DNA of 64,000 bases from Pristiophorus japonicus (lineage: Eukaryota): positions 66,340,001 through 66,404,000 of the forward strand of contig NC_091999.1 of NCBI RefSeq assembly GCF_044704955.1, written 5' to 3'. The notes under the pieces were generated by a model. That model saw only the letters and a list, made by a program, of their open reading frames with translations, was not told the DNA's origin and did no database searches. Position numbers and translations under genes: made by a program. This document shows, in pieces, positions 1-13,111 of the stretch (the stretch's first letter is position 1; each line of letters starts with the position of its first letter).

Positions 1-318
1 TTTTGAATATATTTAGTGAATTGGCCTCAACTACTTTCTGTGGTAGAGAATTCCACAGGTTCACCACTCTCTGGGTGAAGAAGTTTCTCCTCATCTCGGT
101 CCTAAATGGCTTACCCCTTATCCTCAGACTGTGACCCCTGGTTCTGGACTTCCCCAACATTGGGAACATTCTTTCTGCATCTAACCTGTCTAAACCCGTC
201 AGAATTTTAAACGTTTCTATGAGGTCCCCTCTCATTCTTCTGAACTCCAGTGAATACAAGCCCAATTGATCCAATCTTTCTTGATAGGTCAGTCCCGCCA
301 TCCCGGGAATCAGTCTGG
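1..318 (-). mobile_element. CR1 LINE 3' ORF2 fragment (continues left of the window)
   Basis: Reverse complement matches the RT C-terminal region at ~2315-2640 (RLIPG...RNFFTQRVVNLWN); joined head-to-head with the next CR1 at 318/319. Confidence 0.85.
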
Positions 319-2796
319 TACTTTAATATGCACATAGATTGGGCTAACCAAACTGGAAGCAATACGGTGGAGGAGGTTTTCCTGGAGTGCATAAGGGATG
401 GTTTTCTAGACCAATATGTCGAGGAACCAACTAGAGGGGAGGCCATCTTATACTGGGTGTTGTGTAATGAGAGAGGATTAATTAGCAATCTCGTTGTGCG
501 AGGCCCCGTGAGGAAGAGTGACCATGATATGCTGGAATTCTGCATTAGGATGGAGAATGAAACAGTTAATTCAGAGACCATGGTCCCGAATTTAAAGAAG
601 GGTACTTTGAAGGTATGAGGCGTGAATTGTCTAGGATAGATTGGCGAATGATACTTAAGGGTTTGACTGTGGATGGGCAATGGCAGACATTTAGAGACCG
701 CATGGATCAACTACAACAATTGTACATTCCTGTCTGGCGTAAAAATAAAATAGGGAAGGTGCCTCAAACTTGGCTATCAAAGGAAATCAGGGATAGTATT
801 AAAGCCAAGGAAGTGGCATGGAAATTGGCCAGAAATAGCAGCGAACCCGGGGACAGGGAGAAATTTAGAACTCAGCAGAAGAGGACAAATGCTTTGATTA
901 ACGCAGGTAAAATGGAGTACGAGAAGAAGCTTGCAGGGAACATTAAGACGGATTGCAAAAGTTTCTATCGGTATGTAAAGAGAAAAATGTTAGAGGAAAG
1001 ACAAACGTAGGTCCCCTGCAGTCAGAATCAGGGGAAGTCATAACGGGGAACAAAGAAATGGCGGAACAATTGAAAAAGTACTTTGGTTCGGTATTCACGA
1101 AGGAGGACACAAACAACCTTCCGGATATAAAAGGAGTCAGAGGATCTCGTAATGAGGACGAACTGAGGGAAATCCTTATTAGTCGGGAAATTGTATTGGG
1201 GAAATTATGGGATTGAAGGCCGATAAATCCCCAGGGCCTGATGGACTGCATCCCAGAGGATTTAAGGAGGTAGCCTTTCAAATAGCGGATGCATTGACAG
1301 TCATTTTCCAACATTTCATTAATTCTGGATCAGTTCCTATGGAGTGGAGTGTAGCCAATGTAAACCCACTTTTTAAAAAAGAAGGGAGAGAGAAAACAGG
1401 GAATTATAGACCGGTCAGCCTGACATTGGTAGTGGGTAAAATGATGGAATCAATTATTAAGGATATCATAGCAGTGCATTTGGAAAGAGGTGACATGATA
1501 GGTCCAAGTCAGCATGGATTTGTAAACGGGAAATCATGCTTGACAAATCTTCTGGAAATTTTTGAGGATGTTTCCAGTAGAGTGGACAAGGGAGCACCAG
1601 TTGATGTGGTATATTTGGACTTTCAGAAGGCTTTCGACAAGATCCCACACAAGAGATTAATGTGCAAAGTTAAAGCACATGGGATTGGGGGAAGTTTGGT
1701 AACATAGATTGAGAACTGGTTGTCAGACAGGAAGCAAAGAGTAGGAGTAAATGGGGACTTTTCAGAATGGCAGGTAGTGACGAGTGGGGTGCAGCAAGGG
1801 CCCCAGCTGTCTACACTGTACATGAATGATTTAGACGAGGTGATTAAATGTAGTATCTATAAATGTGCGGATGACACTAAGTTGGGTGGCAGTGTGAGCT
1901 GTGAGGAGAGTGCTATGAGGCTCCAGAGCGACTTGGATAGGTTAGGTGAGTGGGCAAATGCATTGGCAGATGATGTATAATGTGGTTAAATGTGAGGTTA
2001 TCCACTTTGGTGGTAAAAACAGAGAGACAGACTATTATCTGAATGGTGACAGATTTGGGAAAGCGGAGGTGCAACGAGACCTGGGTATCATGGTACATCA
2101 GTCATTGAATGTTGGTATGCAGGTTCAGCAGGTGGTTAAGAAAGAAAATGTCATGTTGGCCTTCATAGCGAAGGGATTTGAGTGCAAGGACAGGGAGGTG
2201 TTGCTACAGTTGTACAGGGTCTTGGTGAGGCCACACCTGGAGTATTGTGTTCAGTTTTCGTCTCCTAACATGAGGAAGGACATTCTTGCGATTGAGGGAG
2301 TGCAGCGAAGGTTCACCAGACTGATTCCCGGAATGGCTGGACTGACCTGCCAAGAAAGACTGGATCAACTGGGCTTTTATTCACTGGAGTTCAGAAGAAT
2401 GAGAGTGGACCTCATAGAAACGTTTAAAATTCTGACGGGGTTAGACAGGTTAGATGCAGGAAGAATGTTCCCAATGTTGGGGAAGTCCAGAACGAGGGGT
2501 CACAGTCTAATGATAAGGGTTGAGCCACTTAGGACCGAGATGAGGAGAAACTTCTTCACGCAGAGAGTGATGAACCTGTGGCTTTCTCTCCAACAGAAAT
2601 TTGTTGAGGCCAATTCACTAAATATATTCAAAATGGAGTTAGATGTAGTCCTTACTACTTGGGGGACCAAGTGGTATGGCGAGAAAGCAGGAATGGGGTA
2701 CTGAAGTTGCAACTTCAGCCATGAACCTATTGAAAGGTGGTGCAGGCTGGAAGGCCCGAATGGCCTACTCCTGCATCTATTTTCTATGTTTCTATG
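319..2796 (+). mobile_element. 5'-truncated CR1 LINE, disrupted ORF2 (APE endonuclease part + RT), family A (TTTCTATG)n tail
   Basis: ORFs 250-618, 615-1010, 1207-1707, 1720-1980 and 1946-2704 carry KSPGPDGLHP, NYRPVSLT, YLDFQKAFD, ADDTK and RPHLEYCVQ; ends in tttctatgtttctatg at 2796. Confidence 0.95.
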
Positions 2797-4367
2797 GGAC
2801 ATTAGCTTGCATGATGTTGAATCTGTATGGGTAGAGCTGCGAAACACCATAGTGCAGACAACGTTAGTGGCAGTTGTGTACAGACCACCAAACAGTAGTA
2901 GGGAGATTGAGGATGGCATCAAACAGGAAATTATGGACGTGTGCAATAAGGGTACAGCAATCATCATGGGTGACTTTAATCTACATTTTGATTCGGCTAA
3001 CCAAACTGGTAGCAATACTGTGGAGGAGATTTCCTTTGGAATGTATAATGGATGCATTTCTTAACCAGTATGTCGAGGAACCAACTAGAGTGCAGGCAAT
3101 CCTCGTCTGAGTGTTTTGCAATGAGAAACGGACTAATTAGCAACCTTATGTTGCGAGGCCCCTTGGGGAAGAGTGACCATAATATGGTAGAATTAGTCAC
3201 AAAGATGGAGAGTGACACAATTAATTAAGAGACAATGATCCCGAACTTAAAGAAAGGAAAATTCGATGGTATGAGACATGAATTGGCTAGGATAGCCTCG
3301 CGAATGATACTTAAAGGTTTGACAGTGGATAGTCAATGGCAGACATTTAAAGATCACATGGATGAACTACAACAATTGTACATCCCTGCGTGGTGTAAAA
3401 AAAATAAAGGGAAGGTGGACCAACCGTGGCTAACAAGTGAAATTAGTCAAAGTTTTAAATCCAAGGAAGAGGCTTATAAATTGGCCAGATAAAGCAACAA
3501 ACCTGAGAAAGGGGAGAAATTTAGAATTAAGCAGAGGAGGACTAAGGGTAGAATTAGGAGGGGGAAAATAGAGTATTATAGTAAGCTTGCTGGGAACATA
3601 AAAACTGACTGCAAAACCTTCTACAGACATCTGAAGAGAAAATGATTAGTGAAGACTAATGTATGTCCCTAGCTTTCAGAATCAGGGGGAATTCATAATG
3701 GGGAACAAGGAAATGTGAGCCCAATTGAACAAATACTTTGTTTCTGTCTTCACGAAGGAAGACACGAATAACCTCCAGAAAATATTAGAGGACCGAGGGT
3801 CTAGCGAGAAGGGGGAACTGAGAGAAATCCTTCGTTGTCAGGAAATTGTGTTGTGGAAATTGAAGGGGCTGAAGGCCGATAAATCACCAGGGCCTGAACG
3901 TCTGCATCCTAGAGTAATAGGGAAGTGATCCTAGAAATAGTGGATGCAGTGGTGGTCATTTTCCAACATTCCATGATCTCTGGTTCAGTTCCTATGGATT
4001 GGAGAATAGCTAATGTAACCCCAGTTTTAAAAAAGGAAGCAGAGAGAAAATTGGGAATTATATACCGGTTAGCCTCACATCAGTAGTGGGGAAAATTCTG
4101 GAATCAATTATTAATGATTTAAAAGCAGCGCATTTGAAAAGCAGTTACAGGATAGGTCCAATTCAGCATGGATTTATGAAAGGGAAGTCATGCTCGACAA
4201 ATCTTCTTGAGCTTTTTGAGGATTTAACGAGTAGAGTGGATAAGGGAGAACCAGTGGATGTGGTGTATTTGGACTTTCAAAACGCTTTTGAAAATGTCCC
4301 AGACAAGAGATTAGTGTGCAAAATTAAGGCATATGGAATTGGTGGTGATGTATTCACATGGATAGAG

Positions 4368-7300
4368 AAACATAGAAACATAGAAACATGGAAAATAGAT
4401 GGAGGATTAGGCTATTCGGCCGTTCGAACCTCCACCACCATTCAATATAATCATGGCTGATTATTCATTTAATACACAATTCCTGCTTTCTCTCCATACC
4501 CCTTGATCATTTTAGCCGTGAGGGCCATCATAGGCAGTCTCTCGGAATCGAGTTAGACATGCTTCCACTCTCAAAGTAAGTTCTCTGATGGCTGAACAGT
4601 CCACTACGATAGCCACAGACCCTGTTACAGGGGGACAGACATTCATCTAAGGAAGGGGTCGGTAGGGCTAGTTTGCCGCGTGCTCCATCCCCTGCCTGCA
4701 CTTGACTTCTTCAAGCTCTTTGCGTTGAGACTCGATGAGCTCAGCGCCCTCCCGAATGCACTTCCTCCACTTAGTGCAGTCTTGGTCCAGTGACTCCAAG
4801 GCGTCGGTGGGGATGTTGCACTTTACCAGGGAAGCTTTGAGGGTGTCCTTGTAACGTTTCCACTGCCACTTTTGGCTCGTTTACCATGAAGAAGCTCTGC
4901 ATGAAGCATTTGCTGAGAGAGTCTCGTATCTGGCATTCAAACTCTGTCGCCTGTCCACGGGGTTGATCAAGTGTGGTCAGTGCATCAATAATGGGGATGT
5001 TAGCCTGGTCGAGGACACTGATGTTGGTGCGCCTGTCCTCCCAGGAGATTTGCAGGATCTTCCAAAGACATCTTTGATGTTATATCACCAGCGACTTGAG
5101 GTGTCTACTGTACATGGTCCATGCCTCGGATCCTTACATGAGGGCGGGATTTTCTACAACCCTGTAGACCATGAACTTGGTGGTAGATTTGAGCGCCTGT
5201 TCTTCAAACACTCTTTTCCTCAGACGGCCGAAGGCTGCACTGGTGCACTGTAGCTGATGTTGAATCTCTGCATCAATCTCTGCCTTTGTTGATAAGAGGC
5301 GCCGAGAAATGAGAAATGGTCCACGTTGTCCAGGGCTGCGCCGTGGATCTTGATGATTGGAGGGCAATGCTGTGCGGCGGGGATAGGCTGGTGGAGGATC
5401 TTTGTCTTACAGATGTTAAGCGTAAGGCCCATGCTTTTATATGCTTCAGTGAATACATTGACTAAATCCTGGAGTTCAGCCTCTGAATCTGCGCAGATGC
5501 AGGCGCCGTCTGCGTATTGTAGCTTAACGACAGAGATTGGTATGATCTTGGACCTGGCCTGGAGGCAGCATAGGGTAAACAGCTTGCCACTGGTTCTGTA
5601 GTTTAGTTCCAGTCCAGCGGGGAGCTTGTTGATTGTGAGGTGGACCATAGTGGCGAGGAAAATTGAGAAGAGCGTTGGGGCGATGGCGCAGCCCTGTTTC
5701 AGTCAGGTCGGACGTGCATTGGGTCTGTAATGCATCTGTTGGTAAGGATCACGGCCTGCATGTCATCGTGAAGCAGGCAGAGGATGTTGACAAACTTTTG
5801 GGACACCAAAAATGGAGGAGGACGCTCCATAGTCCTTCACGGTTGACAATGACGAAGGCATTTGTAAGATCGAAAAAGGCCTTGTATAAGGGCTGGCGCT
5901 GGTCCCTGCATTTTTCCTGCAGCTGTTGCGCTGTAAATTTCATGTCCATTGTGCCCCGGAGGAGACGAAATCTGCACTGTGACTCCAGTAGCAACTCCTC
6001 GGCTACAGGGATAAGACGATTGAGGAGAACTCGAGCGACAACTTTCCCAGTGTTTGATAGCAGGGAGATTCCCCTGTAGTTGCCGCAGTCGGACTTGTCC
6101 CCTTTTTCCAAAATGGTCACAACCACTTCTTCTCTGAGATCTCCCGGCATGCTCTCCTCCCTTCAGATGAGAGAGATGAGGTCATGTATCCGTGCCAACA
6201 GCGTCTCTCCGCCATAGATTAGCGCCTCAGTAGGGATTCCATCTGCACCCATAGCCTTGTTGTTCTTGAGCTGTTTTTTGGCTTTGCCTACCTCGTGCAA
6301 CGTTGGAATTTCACTGAGTTGGTGGCGGGTCACATGCTGTGGAATGGAGTCGAGAACAATCGAGCTGAAGGCAGATCTTCAAAGTTCTCCTTCCATTAGG
6401 CCCTGACAGCCTCGGTGTCCTTGGTGAATGTTTCCCTTTTGTTGGCCAGGAGTGATGTGCGGCCTTGGGAGTTTGGACCATAGGTGGCCTTGACTGCAGT
6501 GAAGAATCCTCACATATCGTGGCTATCGACCAGCTGCTGTATTTCCTGTGCTTTCTCCATCCACCACCTCTTCTTTAGGTCCCGTATTTTTTGTTGGACC
6601 TGAGTCTTGAACCGTGTGTAATGTTGTTTTGCAACTCCAGAGTTGGGTTGTTGCTTGAGGCACAGACATTATTTGTACTTGCGATCTATTAGTTCTTCGA
6701 TCTCCTGATCATTTACATCAAACCAGTCCTGATGTTTTCTGGTTGAGTGACCAAGTTTCTGTTCACAGGCACTGGTTATAGAGGCCTGGAGGGCAGACCA
6801 AGCGCTGTGGGCATTCAGCATCTCAGGATCATCATGGCATGTCAGATTGACTGTGAGGCACTGGCTGTATAAGTTTCTCTTAGCTGAATCTCGTTTTGCG
6901 CCCGCATTAACATTTTTGTGGAACTGCTTCTGCTGTCCCCTCTGCTTTGGGGCTCTGTTATTGTTGAAGATGGATTGGATTAGGCGGTTGTCCATCCACC
7001 AGTCACCAGCTCCTATCATGGCGCGGGTGATGCGCTCATCCTTGTGATCCCTCGCTCAGACGATCACATAGTCAAGCATTTGCCAGTGTTTGGAGCGAGG
7101 GTGTTGCCACGATGCCTTTTATTTGTCACTCTGGTGGAACAGGGTGTTGGTGATGAGGGGTACATGTTCTATACATTTTGTCAGGAATAGGGTACCACTG
7201 GAGTTGGCTTTTCCTACCACCTTTTTGCCAATCACGCCTCCCCAGTGGGTTGCTTCTTTAGCGACCCCGGCATTAAATCACCCATGTGGATCAATTTTCG

Positions 7301-8040
7301 CACCTGGGGACGCGGGACAAGGATGTCTCGAGGTTGGAATATCAGCACTCCATATCAACTTCCGTTGTATCGTGTGTGGGGCATACGCACTGATGGCTGT
7401 GGCGCACTGGTTGAGGGACAGGGTAAGATGAAGAGGCATGCGGCGTTCGTTAACCCCACGGGGGGGGGGGGGGTCTTTGTGGTAATTGACCAGCTCAGTC
7501 CTGACGGCAAATCTGACTCCATGAAGGTGGCGTTCTGCCTCAGGATTCCCTTTCCAGAAAAAGGTGTAAACTCCACCATGTTCCGTTCAACTGGCCCTCC
7601 CTTCCTCACCGGGTCTCGCTTAGGGTGGCGATGTCAATGACAAAATGTCTGAGTCCCCGGGCAACTATGGCGGTGACGCGTTCCGGCCTGTTGCTGTTGG
7701 CGTTGTCCATGAGGCTCCTGATGTTCCAGGTCCCGAACTTCATACTGACGGAGTGGAAGATGCCTATGCATGACTTCTTTTAATGTGGGGTGGCCGCTGC
7801 ACACCGGCAACCACACGGGCTTAGCTGAGCAAAGTCTTGGTCCAGTGCCAAGGGGATCCAAAACAACTGGAGACCAGGCACACCTCTATAAGACTACTTG
7901 CCTATGGTGAAGGGTTGGCTGCAAGCTCGGCGCTGAGTAGTGACATTGATGAGGGCCACATCTTACTCCCTTTTGAATAAACTAACGAACTATCCCGAAC
8001 AACTTTCTGTGGTAGAGAATTCCACATGCCCACAACTCTC
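4368..8040 (-). mobile_element. CR1 3' tail fragment (4368-4527 + 7959-8040) split by the RTE insertion
   Basis: (aaacatag)n at 4368-4390; the sequence gccgtgagggcca|(t)atctaactccc is split and resumes at 7959. Confidence 0.8.
4528..7949 (-). mobile_element. Near full-length RTE-clade LINE (disrupted single EN-RT ORF) with 9-bp TSD tgagggcca
   Basis: Minus-strand translation from 7743 gives MKFGTWNIRSLMD...RPER..AIVAR..IDIATLSETR (RTE-type APE); KGDKSDCGNYRGISLLS (5749-6150); LQYADG (5220-5648); 3' end gactgcctatgatg; TSD at 4519-4527 and 7950-7958. Confidence 0.9.
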
Positions 8041-9120
8041 TGGCAGAACTGGTTGGCAGATAGGAAGCAAAAAGTGGGAATAAACGAGTCGTTTTCAAAT
8101 GGCAGGCAGTGACGAGTGGGTTGCTGCAGGGTTCAATGCTTGGACCCCAGAAATTTACAATATATATTAATGATTTAGACGATGGAATTGAATGTAATAT
8201 CTCCAAGTTTGCAGATGGCACTAAGCTGGGTGGCAGTGCGAGCTGCGAGGAGGACACTAAGAGGATGCAGGGGGACTTGGCCAGGTTAGGTAAATACGCA
8301 AATGCATGGCAGATGCCGTATACTGTGGACAAGTCTGAGGTCACCAAATTTGGTGGCAAAAACAGGAAGGCAGATTATTACCAGAACGGTGACATATTAG
8401 TAAAACAGGAGGTGCAACGAGACCTGGGTGTCATTGTACATCAGTCATTGAAGGTAGGCATGCAGGTACACCAGGCGGTGAAGAAAGAAAATGTAATGCT
8501 GGCCTTCATAGCGAGGGGATTTGAGCAGGGAAGTCTTGCTGCAATTGTACACGGCCTTCGTGAGACCACACCTTGAATGTTGTGCGCAGGTTTTGTCTCA
8601 TAATCTGACGAAGGACGTGCTTGCTATTGAGGGAGTGCAGCCAAGGTTCACCAGACTGATTGCCAGGATGGCAGGACTGATATATGAAGACAAATTGAAT
8701 CGGCTAGGCTTACACTCACTGGAATTTCGAAGAATGAGCGGGGATCTCATAGAATGTATACAATTCTGACGGGACTGGACAGGTTAGATGCAGGAAGAAT
8801 GTTCTCGCTTTTAGGGAGATCCAGAAGCAGGGGGCACAGTCTCAGTATAAGGGGAAAGCCATTTAGGACCGAGATAAGGAGAAACATTTTCACCCAGAGA
8901 GTTGGGAACCTATGGAATTCTCTGCTACAGAAGGTTGTTGAGTCCAGTTCATCAGAAATATACAAAATGTGGTCCTAATGGCAAAATGGATCAGGAGGTA
9001 TGGAGAGATTGCTGGGGTGTGGTACTGAGGGTGAATGATACGCCATGATCATATTGAATGGCGGTGCAAGCACCAAGGGCCGAATGGCCTGTTCTTGTGC
9101 CTATTTTCTATTTTTCTATA

Positions 9121-9682
9121 TCTTTCCTTACTATTGCGTTAATCTCCTATTTTAACCAGTAACGCTACCCCACCTCCTTTTATTCTGTCTGTCCTTCATG
9201 AACATTGAATACCCCTGGATGTTGAGTTCCCAGCACTTGGTTACCTTGGAGCCATGTCTCCGTAATCCCAATTACATCACAGTCGTTAACAGCTGTCTGC
9301 GCAGTCTATTCATGCACATTATTAAGAATGCTCCTCGCATTCAGAATCAGAGCCTTCAGGCTTGTTTTTTTAAACACTCTGTCCTTTTAGAATTATGTTG
9401 TGATGTGGCCCTTTTTGATTTTTGCATTTCTCTGCCCTACACTCCTGCTTTTCTCGTTGCTACCTTTTGCTTCTGCCCCCATTTTACTTCCCTCTGCCTT
9501 GCTGCATCGATTGCCACCCCCTATGCTTTTTGTTTAACCCCTCCCAAGTGCACTAGCAAATACTCCGCCTACGACATCGGTTCCAGTCCTGCTCAGGTGC
9601 AGACCGTCCGGTTTGTACTGGTCCCACCTTCCCGAGAATCGGTTCCAATGGCCCAGGAATTTGAATCCTTCCCCCTTGCACC
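9121..9682 (-). mobile_element. CR1 ORF1 3' end / ORF2 start fragment
   Basis: Homologous to ~11335-11905; covers the ORF1 WGRWD region and the ORF2 LNARSI region on the minus strand. Confidence 0.85.
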
Positions 9683-9716
9683 AAATTCCAATTCATGGTG
9701 ATGAGATCCACAGATA

Positions 9717-12700
9717 GAAAGAAACATAGAAACATAGAAAATAGATGCAGGAGTAGGCCATTCGGTTCTTCCAGACTGTACCACCATTCAATAAGATCAT
9801 TGTTGATCATCACCTCAGTAAACTTTTCCTGCTTTCTCTCCATACCCCTTGATCCATTTAGGCGTAAGGGCCATATCTAACTCCCTCTTGAATATATCCA
9901 AATAACTGGCATCAACAATTCACTACGATCGGGAATTCCACAGGTTAACAACTATCTGAGTGAAGAAGGTTCTCCTCATCACATTCCTAAATGGCTTACC
10001 CCTTATTCTTAGACTGTGTCCCCTGGTTATGGACTTCCCCAACATCGGGAACATTCATTCTTCATCGAACCTGTCAAGTCCCGACAGAATTATATGTATT
10101 TTTATGAGATCCTATTTTTAAAAAAGTGCTGTGACATTAGCAACCGTCCAGTCCATTGGAACCGATCCAAAGTCGATAAACTGTTGGAAATGGATCACCA
10201 ATGCATCCACTATTTCTGGGGCCACTACTCTGGGATGCAGACTATCAGGCCCTGAGGATTTATCGGCCTTCAATCCCATCAATTTCCCGAACACAATTTC
10301 CCACCTAATAAGGATATCCTTCAGTTCCTCCTTCTCACTAGACACTCGGTCCCCTAGTATTTCCGGAAGGTTATTTGTGTCTTCCTTCGTGAAAACAGAA
10401 CCAAAGTACTTGTTCAATTGTCTGCCATTTCCTTGATCCCCATTATAAATTAACCTGAATCCGCTGCAAGGGACCTACGTTTGTCTTCGCGAATGTTTTC
10501 CTCTTCACATATCTATAGGAGATTTTTCAGTCAGTTTTTATGTTCCCAGCAAGCTTCTTCGCGTATTCTATTTTCCCCCTACAATTAAACTCTTTGTCCT
10601 ACTCTGCTGAATTCTAAATTAACCCAATCCTCAGGTTTGCTGCTTTTTCTGGCCAATTTATATGCGTCTTCCTTGGATTTAACGCTATCCTTAATTTCAC
10701 CTTGTTAGCCACGGTTGAGCCACATTCCCCGTTTTATTATTAATCCAGACAGGGATGTACAATTATTGAAGTTCATCCATGTGATCTTTAAATGTCTGCC
10801 ATTACCTATCCACCGTCAACCCTTTAAGTATCATTCGCCAGAATATTCCAGCCAATTCACGTCTCATACCATCGAAGTTACCTTTCGCTCAGTTCAGGAC
10901 CCGAGTCTCGATATTAATTGTGCCACTCACCATCTTAATAAAGAAATCTATCATATAATGATCATTCTTCCCCAAGCGGCCTCGCACAACAAGATTGCTA
11001 ATTAGTCATTTCTCATTACACATCACCCAGTCTAGGGTGGGCTGCCGTCTCGTTGGTTTCTCGAAATATTGGTTCAGAAAACCAACCCTAATACACTCCA
11101 GGAAATCGTCCTCCATCCTATTGGTACCAGTTTAGTTAGCGCAATCTATATGTAGATTGAAATCGCCCATGATAACTGCTGTACCTTTATTGCATGCAGC
11201 CCTAATTTCTTGTTTGATGCTGTCCTCAACCTCACTACTACGTTTGGTGGTCTGTACACAACTCCCACTAGCGTTTTCCGCCATTAGCTATTCCGCAGCT
11301 CCACCAATACAGATTCCACATCATCCAATCTAATGTCCTTCCTTACTATTGCATTAATTTCCTCTTTAACCAGCAACGCTATCCTACCTCCGTTTTCTTT
11401 CTGTCTATCATTCCTGAATGTTGAATACCCCTGGATGTTGAGTTCCCAGCATTGGCCACCCTGGAGTCATGTCTATGTTGTGCCAATCATAACATATTCA
11501 GTAATTGCTGCCTGTGCAGTTAATTCGTCCAACTAATTACGAATACTCCTCGCATTGAGGCACAGAGTCTACAGGCTTGTCTTTTTAACACACTTTGCCC
11601 TTTTAGAATTTTGCTGCAATGTGGCTCTTTTTGATATTTGCCTTGACTCTCTCTGCCCTCCACTTTTACTTTTCTTCTTTCTATCTTTTGCTTCTGCACA
11701 TATTTAACTTCCCTCTGTCTCACTGCATAGGTTCCCCTCCCCCTGCCATATTAGGTTAACGCCGCCCTAACAGCTCCAGTAAACGCTCCCACGAGGACTT
11801 TGGCTCTTGTCCTGCCCGGGGTAAGACCGCCCGGTTTGTACTGGTCACAGCTCCCCCAGAACTGGCTCCAATGTTCCAAGAATTTGAATCCCTCCCTTCT
11901 GCACCACGCCCCAAGCCACGTATTCACCTGAGATATCCTGAGATTGCTAGCCTGACTAGCACGTGAAACTGGTAGCAATCCTGAGATTACTATCATTGAC
12001 GTCCTACTTTTAAAATGTAACTCCTAGCTCCCTAAATTCAGCTTGTAGGACCTCATCACGTTTTCTACATATACCGTTGGTACCTATATGCACCACGACA
12101 ACTGGTTGTTCACCCTCCCCTTTCAAAATGTCCTGCACCTGATCCGAGACATCCTTGACCCTTGCACCAGGCAGTCAACATAAAATCCTGGAGTCTAGAT
12201 TGCCACCGCAAAAACGTCCATCTATTCCCCTTAAAATAGAATCTCCTACCACTATTACTCTCCCACTCTCTTTCCAGCCCTCCTGTGCAGCAGAGCCACC
12301 CACAGTGCCATGGACCTGGCTGCTGCAGCTCCCCCCTGATGAGTCACCCCCCGAACAGTATCCAAAGCGGTGTATCTCTTTTGCAGGGGGATATGAAGGC
12401 AGGGGACCCCTGCACTACTTTCCTTCCACTGCTCTTCCTGTTCATCACCCATCCCCCATCTGGCTGTGTAACATTTATCTGTGGTGTGGCCAAATCACTA
12501 AACGTGCAACTCAGGATATCCTCAGCATCATGGATGCTCCACAGTAAATCGACCCGCAGCTCCACTGCCACAATGCGGTCTGTTAGGTGCTGCAGGCGGA
12601 TACACTTCGCGCAACTGTAGTCTTCAAGGATACTGGAAGTGCCCCTGACTTCCCACATTGCACAGGATGAGCCCAACTAGCGTCCGAGCTCTCCTGCCAT

Positions 12701-12760
12701 GATTTAACCCTGAGATTGACTTAATGTGGCAACAAAAATGATAAAGTATACCTACTGCTA
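9717..12760 (-). mobile_element. CR1 LINE(s), family A: ORF1 (CxxC zinc finger/zipper + SGNH esterase) and ORF2 with a large deletion junction at ~10112
   Basis: Tail (aaacatag)n at 9717-9740; KADKSSGPD (10118-10417); ORF1 SSCAMWE...CAKC...LTDRI (12344-12676) and VISGLLPV (11751-11996). Confidence 0.9.
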
Positions 12761-12919
12761 AACGAAAGAGGCAGAGGCAGAGACTGAGAGGTACAGATAC
12801 ATTTCACTATTCCATTTCTTGATCAGTTGAGAGTATCGCAGAGACAAATGCAGATTGAACAGTTGACAATCGGGTATCACTGAGCAGGGTGGGAGGAAAT
12901 CAGTGTAAAATTAAACAAT

Positions 12920-13002
12920 TACCGGGAGTGGGGCTCGAATCCATATGTTTAAAAACACATTAGATTTTAAGTCCAACGCCTTAACAACTCGGCCAACCTG
13001 GC
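12920..13002 (-). tRNA. tRNA-Leu(TAA), degenerate (probable pseudogene), unit 1
   Basis: Reverse complement gccaggttggccgagttgttaaggcgttggacTTAAaatc...ggattcgagccccactcccggta matches vertebrate Leu-TAA; 83 nt; D-loop and T-stem substitutions. Confidence 0.9.
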
Positions 13003-13111
13003 TCACGCAACGATGCGACTCGGTCTTTTTGAGAATCTGGGCTTCGACCCCACCCCCACAGACACACACAGACCCACAGGCTTTCTTTGAGCATTTTCGA
13101 ATATTTTTGGG

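Larger units (their letters stand above)
2797..9120 (+). mobile_element. CR1 LINE ORF2 (EN to 3' tail), interrupted at ~4368-8044 by a minus-strand CR1 tail fragment that itself contains an RTE
   Basis: VVYRPPN and MGDFN (2786-3064); RT 4086-4366 stops at ...WIE and resumes at aactggttggcag (~8047) with FADGTK and RPHLECC; tail ttttctatttttctata to 9120. Confidence 0.9.

Noticed and set aside
207-710. Antisense ORFs over CR1 ORF2 (many in the track)
   Set aside because: Shadow frames of LINE coding sequence with no independent protein motifs.
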